Shown: positions 55,330 to 64,000 of the stretch, in pieces | Layout of the letters: every line of letters begins with the position of its first letter | How positions within the stretch are numbered: the stretch's first letter is position 1 | Virus record (IMG/VR): IMGVR_UViG_3300035698_011202 | Location: 1-64,000 of that record | Source of the DNA: a virus | Length of the DNA: 64,000 nt | Direction: 5' to 3' (one strand) | Notes under the pieces: generated by a model | What the model was told of the DNA's origin: nothing | Seen by the model: the letters and a program-made list of their open reading frames with translations, nothing else | The model's database searches: none | Made by a program: the position numbers and the translations under genes

Positions 55330-55668
55330 GTGTCCAACGTAAACATGACCGCATTACGAGTAGCTATATCAGACAGTGGTTTTACACAGTCCGATATATG
55401 TAAAGAATTGGGCATAAAGCAGCCATCGTTATCTAAAAAATTACGTTGTAAAGAAAAGGTTGACGTAATATTTATGTTTAAAGTAATGAAGATTGTTAAC
55501 GCCCCGATTAACGATATTTTTCCAGATTTGCAGGAAAAGTTAGCCAAGGCGTTAACGTTAACACCAGAAAATAACCAACAAGCTTTGAATCAAATATTAG
55601 GGCTTTTAATGTTACAGGCTAATCTAATTGACTATAAAAATACCGAATCAACCGAGATACAATCCTGA
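55330..55668 (+). CDS. Cro/XRE-like HTH protein
   Basis: SGFTQSDICKELGIKQPSLSKKL; AGGAG RBS. Confidence 0.8.
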   Translation: MSNVNMTALRVAISDSGFTQSDICKELGIKQPSLSKKLRCKEKVDVIFMFKVMKIVNAPINDIFPDLQEKLAKALTLTPENNQQALNQILGLLMLQANLIDYKNTESTEIQS

Positions 55669-57097
55669 GTTTGATTTTAACAGGATAATGCAAAACAGAG
55701 AGAAGCTTCAGCTTAGGGATTACCAGAACAAGCATCTATCATTTTTATTAAGCAACCACCGAGCCGGTGATTTAAGTGAAGCAGGGACCGGAAAGTCCCC
55801 AACAGCAGCACTTTGGATTTACGCTCAATCGCAAGATAAACGTGTTATCTGGGTAATGCCTAAGTCTTTACTAGTAAAAAACTACTTCGAGTTACTCTTG
55901 TGGTCAAATTTGACCCCCGACGAAGTAATAATACTAGATGGCAGTATCGGTCAAAGAGCCAAGCAATTAGCTAACAAAACCACGCGTGTTTTTATTATGG
56001 GCTATCAATGCTTTGCAAATAACTGGAATAAAATTGTTGAACAGTTTCCAGATACATATCATTTAGCAGTAGACGAGCATCACTTAGGTTTCTCTACCCA
56101 TTGCCAATACAACTTTCACCAGCGCAAGTACGTTGGGGCTATGAGAACACTAGAGTTTTACCAGTTTTTAAAGCGCGGGGGGGCGCTATTATCGATGACC
56201 GGCACTATGATTTCAGGGAGGCTAAACTCAGCTTACTCATTTATTAACGCGGTTAATCCTAGCTATTACCCTACTTATGAAGCTTTTATGCAGTGGCACA
56301 GCCTTCGAGATGAGTACGGCAACCCGTTTCATTGGAAGAATCACGGGAGGTTGCAAAAAATACTAGATAAACACTCTTGTCGGGTGACATTTGAAGAAGT
56401 ATACGGAAAAGAGAAAAAGGACATGTTTATTCAAATGTGTACGATGAGTCCTAGTCAATATAAGGCTTACAAGGACATGGAAAACAGGCAGATTTCTATG
56501 CTAGGTGACGATTATCTTGAAGCAGATAACGCCGCCGTTGCGATAGCTCATTGCTTTTCGATTATGCAGACTCCCGAAAAGCATGGTTTACCCTGCCATC
56601 CTACGGACTCAAAAGAGGCGCACCTAGAAAACTTGTTAGATGACCACAAAGAAACAGGCCGACCGTTAATTATCTTCGATAAGGCTGTGGATAACCATTA
56701 CAAGGTTGCGGAAATGTGTAAGAAGCGGGGGATGACGCATGGAATTATGAACTCGCGGGAAACCACTGATAGGGGTGTGATGGATTATCAATTTACAGGT
56801 GGACAGATGCAAATCATGATTTGTTCCCCAGCTGTAGCAGGCATAGGATTCAATTGGGGCCACGTAGATGACATGGTGTTCAATAGTTTAGATTGGCAGG
56901 ACTCTACGTTTATCCAGAACTATAGAAGAGCCATGAGGGGCGTTAGAGAGCGTCCACTACGAATATACGTTTTCGTATATCGGGGCGGCTTAGATATTTA
57001 TATTGCTAAGAAGCTAAAAGAAAAATCCAGAAACCGACTAATGGTGGAAGAGGGTGTCGATGTAGAAATCATTGATGCCATATTAAATGCAGTATAA
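55628..57097 (+). CDS. Superfamily 2 (SNF2-like) helicase
   Basis: LRDYQ, GTGKS, DEHH, MTGT, GIGFN, Q..RR..R; exact start uncertain. Confidence 0.9.
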   Translation: MTIKIPNQPRYNPEFDFNRIMQNREKLQLRDYQNKHLSFLLSNHRAGDLSEAGTGKSPTAALWIYAQSQDKRVIWVMPKSLLVKNYFELLLWSNLTPDEVIILDGSIGQRAKQLANKTTRVFIMGYQCFANNWNKIVEQFPDTYHLAVDEHHLGFSTHCQYNFHQRKYVGAMRTLEFYQFLKRGGALLSMTGTMISGRLNSAYSFINAVNPSYYPTYEAFMQWHSLRDEYGNPFHWKNHGRLQKILDKHSCRVTFEEVYGKEKKDMFIQMCTMSPSQYKAYKDMENRQISMLGDDYLEADNAAVAIAHCFSIMQTPEKHGLPCHPTDSKEAHLENLLDDHKETGRPLIIFDKAVDNHYKVAEMCKKRGMTHGIMNSRETTDRGVMDYQFTGGQMQIMICSPAVAGIGFNWGHVDDMVFNSLDWQDSTFIQNYRRAMRGVRERPLRIYVFVYRGGLDIYIAKKLKEKSRNRLMVEEGVDVEIIDAILNAV

Positions 57098-57110
57098 CGA
57101 GGATTAATTA

Positions 57111-57416
57111 ATGACTGCCCTTTCAAAACTAAAAAACTTTGAAGCGTTTGAGCTAAAGCTCACAGATATAGATACTGACGACTCATTGGTAGCGTTGTTA
57201 GTTATTAGTTCACTTTTACAGGTAATTAAGACTGACTCACAGATTACTTCAAAGTCCGATAAAGCTAACATATCTATGATGATAGCGGTGATGGAGAAGC
57301 AGTTTAGAGCTTCGCCAGAAGAGGACAAACAACCAGTACGTTTGGCTCTTTTGGAAAACCTAGAAACTTTTATTAAAGAAATCAGAGATAGTGTTGACAC
57401 ATCTTTGGACTCTTGA
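57111..57416 (+). CDS. Hypothetical protein
   Basis: GAGG RBS. Confidence 0.6.
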   Translation: MTALSKLKNFEAFELKLTDIDTDDSLVALLVISSLLQVIKTDSQITSKSDKANISMMIAVMEKQFRASPEEDKQPVRLALLENLETFIKEIRDSVDTSLDS

Positions 57417-57521
57417 TAAGGTTAGTTTCCATACCGGCAAAGGGTATGAAACCATTGAGAAAACAATGCTAAAAATCAAACCCAACTTAAAATCTAAATA
57501 TGACGAATGAGACATTAAACA

Positions 57522-58349
57522 ATGAACAATAACATCAACGAAATAATCCAAAACGCTAAAAATCAAAACACTGCTGGCATCATTGTAAACGATGACTCTA
57601 AAAACGTTATCGAGCAAAAGATTGCTGAAGTGTCAAATGATAATAGCCATGCGCTCGTTACTAAAGATAATACTAACGAGATGGCTGGTATAGATATGGA
57701 TTCTTTACCCGCTGAGCTAAGAGCCTTATTAATGGGCGGCGCAGCGCCAAGTCAAGAGCTAGGTAACGCTACAAAGACAACGCTAGGTGTCGATACGTGG
57801 TTACAACCATCAGGTATGGGCTTAACCGCTAAAGAGTGCGATGACGTATTAAAGCCGTTCAAAGCCTCCATCGTTTATAGTAAAGGTGATGGTGTCAACA
57901 AAATCAAAACTGTTCAAATTGAGTCGGTATCTCCTACAGGTGATGTTGAAGTGCAATACGTCAGTACTGTCGATGATAAAGGCGAAAAAGGTTCAGATGG
58001 TCGCCCTTGGGGTCTATCAATTGTTGAGGCTTACACTCAGGCTACTCAAAAAGGCCGAAAGTACCCTTACGATTCAGCGCAAATCATATTGATTGCTGAA
58101 GAAGATGTAACAGGCTTTGATGGCGAAGTGTTATTTGAAAAAGGCACTAAGTTCGGACATTCTACGCCGCGTACTGGTTGGAACAACTTTGCTGACCTTG
58201 ACCAAAAAGTAGGTCAATGTGGATTAGTTGGAAAGAAGATACTGGTACAAGTATCTAACGAAAAAGTTCTTATGAAAGGTCGCAAGCCTTGGGGCGTGTT
58301 GGCTTTTGCTTTGATCGGTGTAGCTGAAGACCAAGAAGTAGTCAGCTAG
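57522..58349 (+). CDS. Probable single-stranded DNA-binding protein
   Basis: Position between helicase and exonuclease/polymerase, beta-rich, own terminator; function inferred from context. Confidence 0.5.
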   Translation: MNNNINEIIQNAKNQNTAGIIVNDDSKNVIEQKIAEVSNDNSHALVTKDNTNEMAGIDMDSLPAELRALLMGGAAPSQELGNATKTTLGVDTWLQPSGMGLTAKECDDVLKPFKASIVYSKGDGVNKIKTVQIESVSPTGDVEVQYVSTVDDKGEKGSDGRPWGLSIVEAYTQATQKGRKYPYDSAQIILIAEEDVTGFDGEVLFEKGTKFGHSTPRTGWNNFADLDQKVGQCGLVGKKILVQVSNEKVLMKGRKPWGVLAFALIGVAEDQEVVS

Positions 58350-58378
58350 TACCTTTAAACACTACGAATATTACTCAT

Positions 58379-58401
58379 AGGGGCTTTTAAGCCCCTTTTT
58401 T
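58379..58401 (+). terminator. Intrinsic terminator
   Basis: AGGGGCTT-TT-AAGCCCC followed by T6. Confidence 0.8.
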
Positions 58402-58418
58402 GACTACGGAAATTGACG

Positions 58419-59228
58419 ATGAAAATAGAATGTATTGATGGCAACAACGTGTTGCGCCGGTTAGTTGAGGCTGAGGGTGTAACGGTCACCAAGTCTTTGT
58501 ACAATATTGCTTGCATGGACTCCCCCGACCTACAAATTATATGGGTGTGGGATGGTAAAGACGGCAACAAAGTCCGTCGAGAAATCTTTCCCGACTATAA
58601 AAAGAAAGCTGAGGGCACAGGTACGCCAGATAGCTTTTACGAATTTATGAACAACTTCAGAACATTGCTCAATCACAGTAATTGTTTGCAGATACGCGTA
58701 GACGGCTTTGAGGGTGATGATGTTATCGCTCAGATTGTAGCGTTACGCGATGCCGGTCAGAAGATAGAAATCAACTCTAACGACCAAGACTTCAGGCAGT
58801 TAGTTAGCAATAACGTCACTTTAGAGTACATGGCACCTAAGTTTTCAGGCTACTCAGCATCCGACATGCGCTTAGCTAAGACTTTAGTAGGCGATAGTGC
58901 GGATAACATAAAAGGATTGCCTCGTTTTGGGTTGAAATCCTTCGAGAAACTTACGCCTACGCAGCGTGATAGCTGGGTAGATTTGTTAGAAGACGATGCT
59001 ATCCAATTAAGCCCCGCTCACCTTGAAGGTATGCCGGATGCTTTGGGGCTGTCAAAAACCCTCTCGCAAGTCACCTTAGACAACATCGATTTGCTACGCG
59101 CTTACTACACCATCATTGGGTTTATGCCTATCCCTATAGACGTGTTTGCAAGTAGCTTTACGATGGGTGACGGAGACACCAAAAAAGGTGGTGAGCTTCT
59201 TAATGACATGTTCATGCTAGAAATTTAA
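58419..59228 (+). CDS. 5'-3' exonuclease / flap endonuclease
   Basis: IDGNN, WDG, R.EIFPDYK, FEGDDVIA, SNDQDF, LVGD.ADNIKG; starts at TTGACGATG. Confidence 0.92.
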   Translation: MKIECIDGNNVLRRLVEAEGVTVTKSLYNIACMDSPDLQIIWVWDGKDGNKVRREIFPDYKKKAEGTGTPDSFYEFMNNFRTLLNHSNCLQIRVDGFEGDDVIAQIVALRDAGQKIEINSNDQDFRQLVSNNVTLEYMAPKFSGYSASDMRLAKTLVGDSADNIKGLPRFGLKSFEKLTPTQRDSWVDLLEDDAIQLSPAHLEGMPDALGLSKTLSQVTLDNIDLLRAYYTIIGFMPIPIDVFASSFTMGDGDTKKGGELLNDMFMLEI

Positions 59229-59272
59229 GTGCTGAGTGGGGACTCCCCACTCAATTACAATTTGGATTGACG

Positions 59273-62158
59273 ATGATAAGCAAAATTAACGAATACACAG
59301 GGTTGGTTGAACAGCTAGTTGACGCTAGAAATATGGAATATCTGAGTATCGCTCTTGACCGTATCAAAGAACAGCAGGGTAAAGCTTTCGTAGGTTTTGA
59401 TATTGAGACTGAGGATAGCCAGCGTCACGATGGACTCAATCGGCTAATGAACGTAGATGCTCATAGCCTACGCTACAAAAAACCCACTAAGTTAATGTTC
59501 GACATTCCTAGAACTAACGTCACAGGGTTCTCGTTCTACATAAAAGGCGAAGATATTGTTTACTACGTGAACACTAAGCATTTTGACGTAGAAAACAGAA
59601 TACCTTTTGCGCTCACCAAATGTTTTATAGAAGAGTTACGAGACAATGCCACTTTAATTATCCATAACTATACGTTTGAAAGAACTATGGTGCTTGCGGA
59701 TTGGGGTATTGACCTTGGCAAGAACTATATCGATACGCTTCAAATGGCCGTGTCAGCTTACAACGATGACCAGTATGATATTGCGGCTTTTAAGCAGCGA
59801 AATCTTGGTGAGATAGCTAAACTGGTGCCTGAAATAAAGAAGCATTTTAAAGGATTTGACCCTAAAGTGCCGCTTAGTGCTGAGCAGTTCGAGGTGGTTA
59901 ACAAGGTCGTATCTAAAGACTCCAAAGCCGATCATAGTTACAACGGTTATGTACGGTCTATGAATTACGGTTATGGTTTAAAAGTCTGTACCGAGCGTTT
60001 GTTTGGTTACAAGCAAGACTCGTTTGAGGACTGCCTACAAGGTAAGGCTCACATGGGTATGCTAACAGGTGAAGAAGTGTTGCATTATGGTGCTGATGAC
60101 TCCTATTGGTGTGTCAGGTTGTTCGATTGGCTTTTAGAGTTTATGAGTAAGACTAACCCAGCTGTCATACAAACCTTCTTTGAGCAAGAGAACCCAATGC
60201 CTTACATCTTTAGTGATTGTTGGTCTAGGGGTTGGAGAGTTAACCGTGAGGCGATTGAGAGAAGAAACATTCAAGAGCGTGTTAACTATGTAAGGGCATT
60301 ACGAGATTTAGCGGAATTATTGAACGGTTACACGTACATATTTCCTGATGGAAACCCAGCCATGCTAGAAAAACAGCCCAAATGGTATAGCGGCAAAGAG
60401 GGTGAGTCCTTTCAAAAGTACCGCGAGAAGTTAGAGTTTTTCAAAAGTGGCTACCAGTTATTGCTGCAAGAGCAAGGTGTAACCACGCTAACCAACGAGC
60501 GCCTAGAGTCTAATGAAATGTTAGGCTTTGACCTTTGCCAATTATCCAGCGGTAGTGTCCCCGCAGCTTGGCGGGTAGAAATGAAGAACGCGCCAGTGAA
60601 GAAGGACTTAGATAAGCGCCCCAATCTTATGCACTATATGGTACAGCGGGTGCTGTTACATGATTTATGCAATCTCCCGTTCATTTATATAAAAGGTAAA
60701 GTGTCTACGAACGGCGAGGCACGAGGTAAAATGATGCAAAAGGCTGAAGACCTAGCTTCTATGCCTAATGCGTGGCTTGAGTATTGGGATAAATACAAAT
60801 CACTGACCCAACTAACGCCTATGGAGCGCCAGCTAACGGCTGAACATCTGTCAAACGAGTACGATGCAGACAAGGTGCAAAACATCATCCGTTGTCTGAA
60901 TACGTTGGTTGGTATTGACCAGCGCATTAAGCTATTCATTACTAATTACAGGTGCATGATTGATCCTAATACCGACCGCATTCACCCTGTACTAAGCTCC
61001 AAGCTAAACACTAGGCGTATGGCCTCACAGAACCCTAATGCGATGCAGTTAGCCAAGCGAGGCGACTCTGCGTACATTCGCGGGTTCTTCCAAGCAAACC
61101 ACGATGACCACCTAATTATCGCGGTTGACTGGTCACAGGTAGAGCTAGTGTTGATAGGAGAAGAGTCCTCAGACCCTAACTTTGCTAAAGCATTTGGTCA
61201 GTTACCTTACGAAGACTTACACACGGCAGCGGCAAAATCCGCGTTAGAAGTATTTTATCCTAATTTTAGTGACGAATTATTTATGGGTTTGAAGATGGGA
61301 GATGCCAGCGCCATCCAAACTATTCAAATAGATTTTCCCAAGGTGTTAATTAACCCTGTAGAAAATGAGCCGCTAGAACCTAGCTATGCCTTTAAGTTTT
61401 GGCGTAGCGAAGCGGGGAAGCCTAGTAACTTTGGTTACTGGTATTCAGGCTCACTGATGACGGTGCAAGAAAAGCTAGGTTGGACTAGCAAGGAAATGTG
61501 GGCCGGTACTGAGAACTACCGAATGGTGTTTGAGATAGCAGAGCATTGGCGGCTCAAGGTTATTGAGAATGTTAAGAATAAGGGTATCACTACACTTAGA
61601 GACAATCACCAGAGAGTACGTTATGAAGCTACTGATGAGTGGGTTTATGACTTTGTAGCTAAGTTCTCAGCCCACGGAAATAACGATTTATCTATGTTTG
61701 GTTATCACTGTGCGAAGAAGATACAACGTCGTGCCCACAACCAAGCAGTCAACGCAAAAATACAAGGTGGGTGTGCCACGCTAGCCAAGCGCAGCATTAT
61801 ACCTCTGCATAAAGAAATACACGAAGAAGGTAAGTGGGACGCAGAATTTTTGATGCCTATTCACGATGAATTAGTGTTTAGCGCCCACCACAGTCAGGCT
61901 GTAGATTTCTCATATCGTATCTTAGAGGTCATGTGTGACCACCCAACCGTAGTCAAGAACTTGAAGCTAGACGGCACCATTTCTATTGGTAAAACCCTAG
62001 AGCCATTTCACCCTGTCAACGCCCCGTATGGGCAGATAGAGCTTGATGAAGCGCCCTTTATTGATGGTGTTATACCTAAAGAATATGTGAAGAAATCATT
62101 GCCTAGAGAAATTAGACAAAAGGTAGTTGATTACCTAAGAAGAGGCAGTTATGCGTGA
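59273..62158 (+). CDS. polA: Family A DNA polymerase with 3'-5' exonuclease
   Basis: FDIET, HNYTFE, YGADD; TRRMASQNPNAMQ, DWSQVEL, KPSNFG, QGGCA, IHDEL; starts at TTGACGATG. Confidence 0.95.
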   Translation: MISKINEYTGLVEQLVDARNMEYLSIALDRIKEQQGKAFVGFDIETEDSQRHDGLNRLMNVDAHSLRYKKPTKLMFDIPRTNVTGFSFYIKGEDIVYYVNTKHFDVENRIPFALTKCFIEELRDNATLIIHNYTFERTMVLADWGIDLGKNYIDTLQMAVSAYNDDQYDIAAFKQRNLGEIAKLVPEIKKHFKGFDPKVPLSAEQFEVVNKVVSKDSKADHSYNGYVRSMNYGYGLKVCTERLFGYKQDSFEDCLQGKAHMGMLTGEEVLHYGADDSYWCVRLFDWLLEFMSKTNPAVIQTFFEQENPMPYIFSDCWSRGWRVNREAIERRNIQERVNYVRALRDLAELLNGYTYIFPDGNPAMLEKQPKWYSGKEGESFQKYREKLEFFKSGYQLLLQEQGVTTLTNERLESNEMLGFDLCQLSSGSVPAAWRVEMKNAPVKKDLDKRPNLMHYMVQRVLLHDLCNLPFIYIKGKVSTNGEARGKMMQKAEDLASMPNAWLEYWDKYKSLTQLTPMERQLTAEHLSNEYDADKVQNIIRCLNTLVGIDQRIKLFITNYRCMIDPNTDRIHPVLSSKLNTRRMASQNPNAMQLAKRGDSAYIRGFFQANHDDHLIIAVDWSQVELVLIGEESSDPNFAKAFGQLPYEDLHTAAAKSALEVFYPNFSDELFMGLKMGDASAIQTIQIDFPKVLINPVENEPLEPSYAFKFWRSEAGKPSNFGYWYSGSLMTVQEKLGWTSKEMWAGTENYRMVFEIAEHWRLKVIENVKNKGITTLRDNHQRVRYEATDEWVYDFVAKFSAHGNNDLSMFGYHCAKKIQRRAHNQAVNAKIQGGCATLAKRSIIPLHKEIHEEGKWDAEFLMPIHDELVFSAHHSQAVDFSYRILEVMCDHPTVVKNLKLDGTISIGKTLEPFHPVNAPYGQIELDEAPFIDGVIPKEYVKKSLPREIRQKVVDYLRRGSYA

Positions 62159-62390
62159 GTTTGGAATCTTAAAACAAGACCTAAAAGACGTTTTAGAGAT
62201 ACAAGAATATCAGCAGCGTTTGCTCACAAAAACAGTTTTGATAAAACGGGTACGTGATATAGTAGACAGGGCAGGGGCACTCGAATCGGCGTTAAGGCAA
62301 CTCGACCCTCACCACCCTTTAATTACTACGAGAGTAAAAAATGATGACCGCACAATCAAAAGTAGTCCAACTAAGACCCCGACCTTTTGA
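62151..62390 (+). CDS. Hypothetical protein
   Basis: GAGG RBS, coupled. Confidence 0.5.
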   Translation: MREFGILKQDLKDVLEIQEYQQRLLTKTVLIKRVRDIVDRAGALESALRQLDPHHPLITTRVKNDDRTIKSSPTKTPTF

Positions 62391-62934
62391 GTATCTAAAA
62401 GATAAGTCTTTTATTACCTTTGATACTGAAACCACAGGTGTATCTGGTACTAGTGAGATTTGCGAGATTTGCTTAATCGATGGCGACACAGGCAACGTAA
62501 TGATTAACACGTTGGTCAAGCCTGTTGGGATGATGCACCCCAAGGCGCAAGAAATACACGGGATTATGCCTCACGAATTAGTCGATGCACCTGACTGGCT
62601 AGAAGTGGAGCAGCAGATTAGAGCCATTTCACAAGGTCGAGTCGGCATTGCGTACAACGCTAACTTCGATCTAAAGATGATGGTGCAATCTTGCAATGTA
62701 AGAGGTGTAAAAACCGACATTTCTTTTGGGTTTGACAATTTCTTTTGCGCCATGGTTGAGTATTCTAAGCGAATTAAAATAATGGATTTCTTCCGTAAAT
62801 CTCACAAGTGGGTAAAGCTAAGTCAAGCGTGTGAGTTAGAAGGCATTGCTGTAAACGAAACGCTTCACCGAGCTAAAGCTGATGCGATGTTAACCCACTT
62901 GTTAGTGCGTAAATTAATAGACGAGCTAGAATAA
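62341..62934 (+). CDS. DEDDh 3'-5' exonuclease (DnaQ-like)
   Basis: FDTETTG, IHGI, YNANFD, HRAKADA. Confidence 0.92.
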   Translation: MMTAQSKVVQLRPRPFEYLKDKSFITFDTETTGVSGTSEICEICLIDGDTGNVMINTLVKPVGMMHPKAQEIHGIMPHELVDAPDWLEVEQQIRAISQGRVGIAYNANFDLKMMVQSCNVRGVKTDISFGFDNFFCAMVEYSKRIKIMDFFRKSHKWVKLSQACELEGIAVNETLHRAKADAMLTHLLVRKLIDELE

Positions 62935-62935
62935 T

Positions 62936-63127
62936 ATGCTTGCCAGTATGGTTCTTTGGGGTTTCTGTTTAATGTTTCCTATCGCATTTTTTCTAGTTCA
63001 TTTAAAGATGAAGATGGATTGTGAGAAATATAAACAAGACTTCCAAAGGGCTAGACCCCCTATACCGCCCCATGATGACCCGCCACTAGATAGGTTAGAA
63101 ACCTTGAACGACAGGCACCCACTTTAA
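62936..63127 (+). CDS. Small membrane protein
   Basis: N-terminal TM helix, Pro-rich tail. Confidence 0.5.
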   Translation: MLASMVLWGFCLMFPIAFFLVHLKMKMDCEKYKQDFQRARPPIPPHDDPPLDRLETLNDRHPL

Positions 63128-63144
63128 CAACTAGGAAATTGACG

Positions 63145-63762
63145 ATGAGAACACATACCTTGACCCCTTTACCCTTCAAGTACCTTACAGAAGTGACGTA
63201 TAAAAAGCTTTATAACGATATTATTGAGTTCAGAACGCTGTTTGATTTACCTATCGATAAAAAAGTACTAAGCCGTGACGAGCACCGTTTACATTGTGAT
63301 TTATTTTGCGAAGAGCAGGGGGAGTTAGCCCTCGCCACAAACCGAGTAGACAGCATTGATGCAGTAATTGACTCGGTTTACGTATACATGGGCGCACTGG
63401 TTCATATAGGAAAGCCTTGGGAAGTTTTAGTCGCTTGCTCACCTTTAATTGCTTATCCCTTAGAATCGATGCTCGGTTCAGCTGAAGAAATGGGGTTTGA
63501 TTTTGTAGAAGCATGGGATATTGTTCATAGCAGTAACATATCAAAGCTTTGCACAGCGGATAATGTTGACCAAACCTCTCAAGTGTACAAATCTTTAGGG
63601 GTGTCGGTAGTTACTGAGCTAGCTTTCAACAATATCCATAAAGGTGCTAAATATAGGGTTAAAGTTGCTCGTCATTGCAAAGACTATCATGGGAAATTCT
63701 ACCCCCAAGGCAAGGTTTTAAAGAGCATTGGCTATACTCCGGCGATTTTAACGGGTCTGTAG
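63145..63762 (+). CDS. MazG-like nucleoside triphosphate pyrophosphohydrolase
   Basis: EEQGEL...DAVIDSVYV..G, VHSSN.SK, GKVLK; starts at TTGACGATG. Confidence 0.85.
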   Translation: MRTHTLTPLPFKYLTEVTYKKLYNDIIEFRTLFDLPIDKKVLSRDEHRLHCDLFCEEQGELALATNRVDSIDAVIDSVYVYMGALVHIGKPWEVLVACSPLIAYPLESMLGSAEEMGFDFVEAWDIVHSSNISKLCTADNVDQTSQVYKSLGVSVVTELAFNNIHKGAKYRVKVARHCKDYHGKFYPQGKVLKSIGYTPAILTGL

Positions 63763-63789
63763 TACTGAACACAACAATTTGGACTGACG

Positions 63790-64000
63790 ATGACAAACAA
63801 ACTAATTCCGTTAACCGTTTTTACAGCCCATAAGGGTGTTCTAACCAAAACCATAACCAGACAGCATGGAAAGTTCAATGCTGATCCTCCAAAACTTGCG
63901 TCCGGTTTAGCTAGAACAGCGTGGGTCACGCTTGCCGAGCTTCCTAAGTTTATTAAAAGCCTAAAAATCTCTGAGTGTTTTACACTTGGAGTTTTTGATT
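63790..64000 (+). CDS. Partial ORF, possible primase/replication protein N-terminus
   Basis: Start context TTTGGACTGACGATG; MTNKLIPLTVF....GVLTKT; open to the window end. Confidence 0.5.
   Translation, partial: MTNKLIPLTVFTAHKGVLTKTITRQHGKFNADPPKLASGLARTAWVTLAELPKFIKSLKISECFTLGVFD

Larger units (their letters stand above)
39924..59250. repeat. Dispersed 15-bp palindrome GTGGGGA(C/G)TCCCCAC, 11 copies including two variants
   Basis: Copies at 39924, 40642, 41057, 41592 (variant), 42696 (variant), 43270, 43802, 45949, 48863, 52854, 59236. Confidence 0.95.
79..64000. mobile_element. Temperate siphophage-type prophage, truncated by the right edge of the window
   Basis: att fragment followed by lysis, tail, head, terminase, early and replication modules in coherent order. 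Confidence 0.92.

Noticed and set aside
54416-55668. Classical CI/Cro switch
   Set aside because: Both HTH genes are co-oriented within the early operon, lack a peptidase S24 domain and have no divergent partner; a repressor could still lie outside the window
1000-63147. TTGACG copies as sigma70 -35 boxes, or TTG as the start codon
   Set aside because: They sit at a fixed position between SD and ATG with no consistent -10; SD spacing fits the ATG, so the MTM and MELTM starts in the ORF track are probably artefacts
36560-63929. Minus-strand ORFs in the early/replication arm
   Set aside because: Antisense shadows with no RBS or recognisable motifs

Overview
The window is almost entirely one temperate siphophage-type prophage, probably from a marine gammaproteobacterium (low-to-moderate GC). 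Its left end is at a duplicated tRNA-Val(GAC) 3' half (att core, 79-126); the right end lies beyond base 64000, and no integrase is seen. The minus arm (237-36372) holds lysis, tail, head and packaging genes, including a large terminase with an Ala-starting class 3 mini-intein. The plus arm (36435-64000) holds a D5/P4-type helicase, many small early genes, an M28-like peptidase, dNMP kinase, SF2 helicase, a probable SSB, 5'-3' exonuclease, PolA, a DEDDh exonuclease and a MazG-like protein. Main finding: the 9-mer TTGACGATG occurs about 24 times in sense orientation (counted by eye), about 20 of them on the start codon of a phage gene in either arm, and near-variants mark several more starts. 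The one copy I found in the opposite orientation lies inside a small promoter-hairpin-terminator unit at about 18043-18151. That unit would give a ~75-nt RNA whose unpaired middle is complementary to all of these translation starts. This suggests a genome-wide antisense sRNA switch, with two non-coding arrays of the motif (39421-39521, 43816-43990) as candidate decoys. Also notable: 11 copies of a covarying GTGGGGA(C/G)TCCCCAC hairpin, a tRNA-like RNA with no anticodon arm, and apparent donor-strand linking of three tail proteins. Protein calls come from motif recognition and gene order only; no database searches were run.
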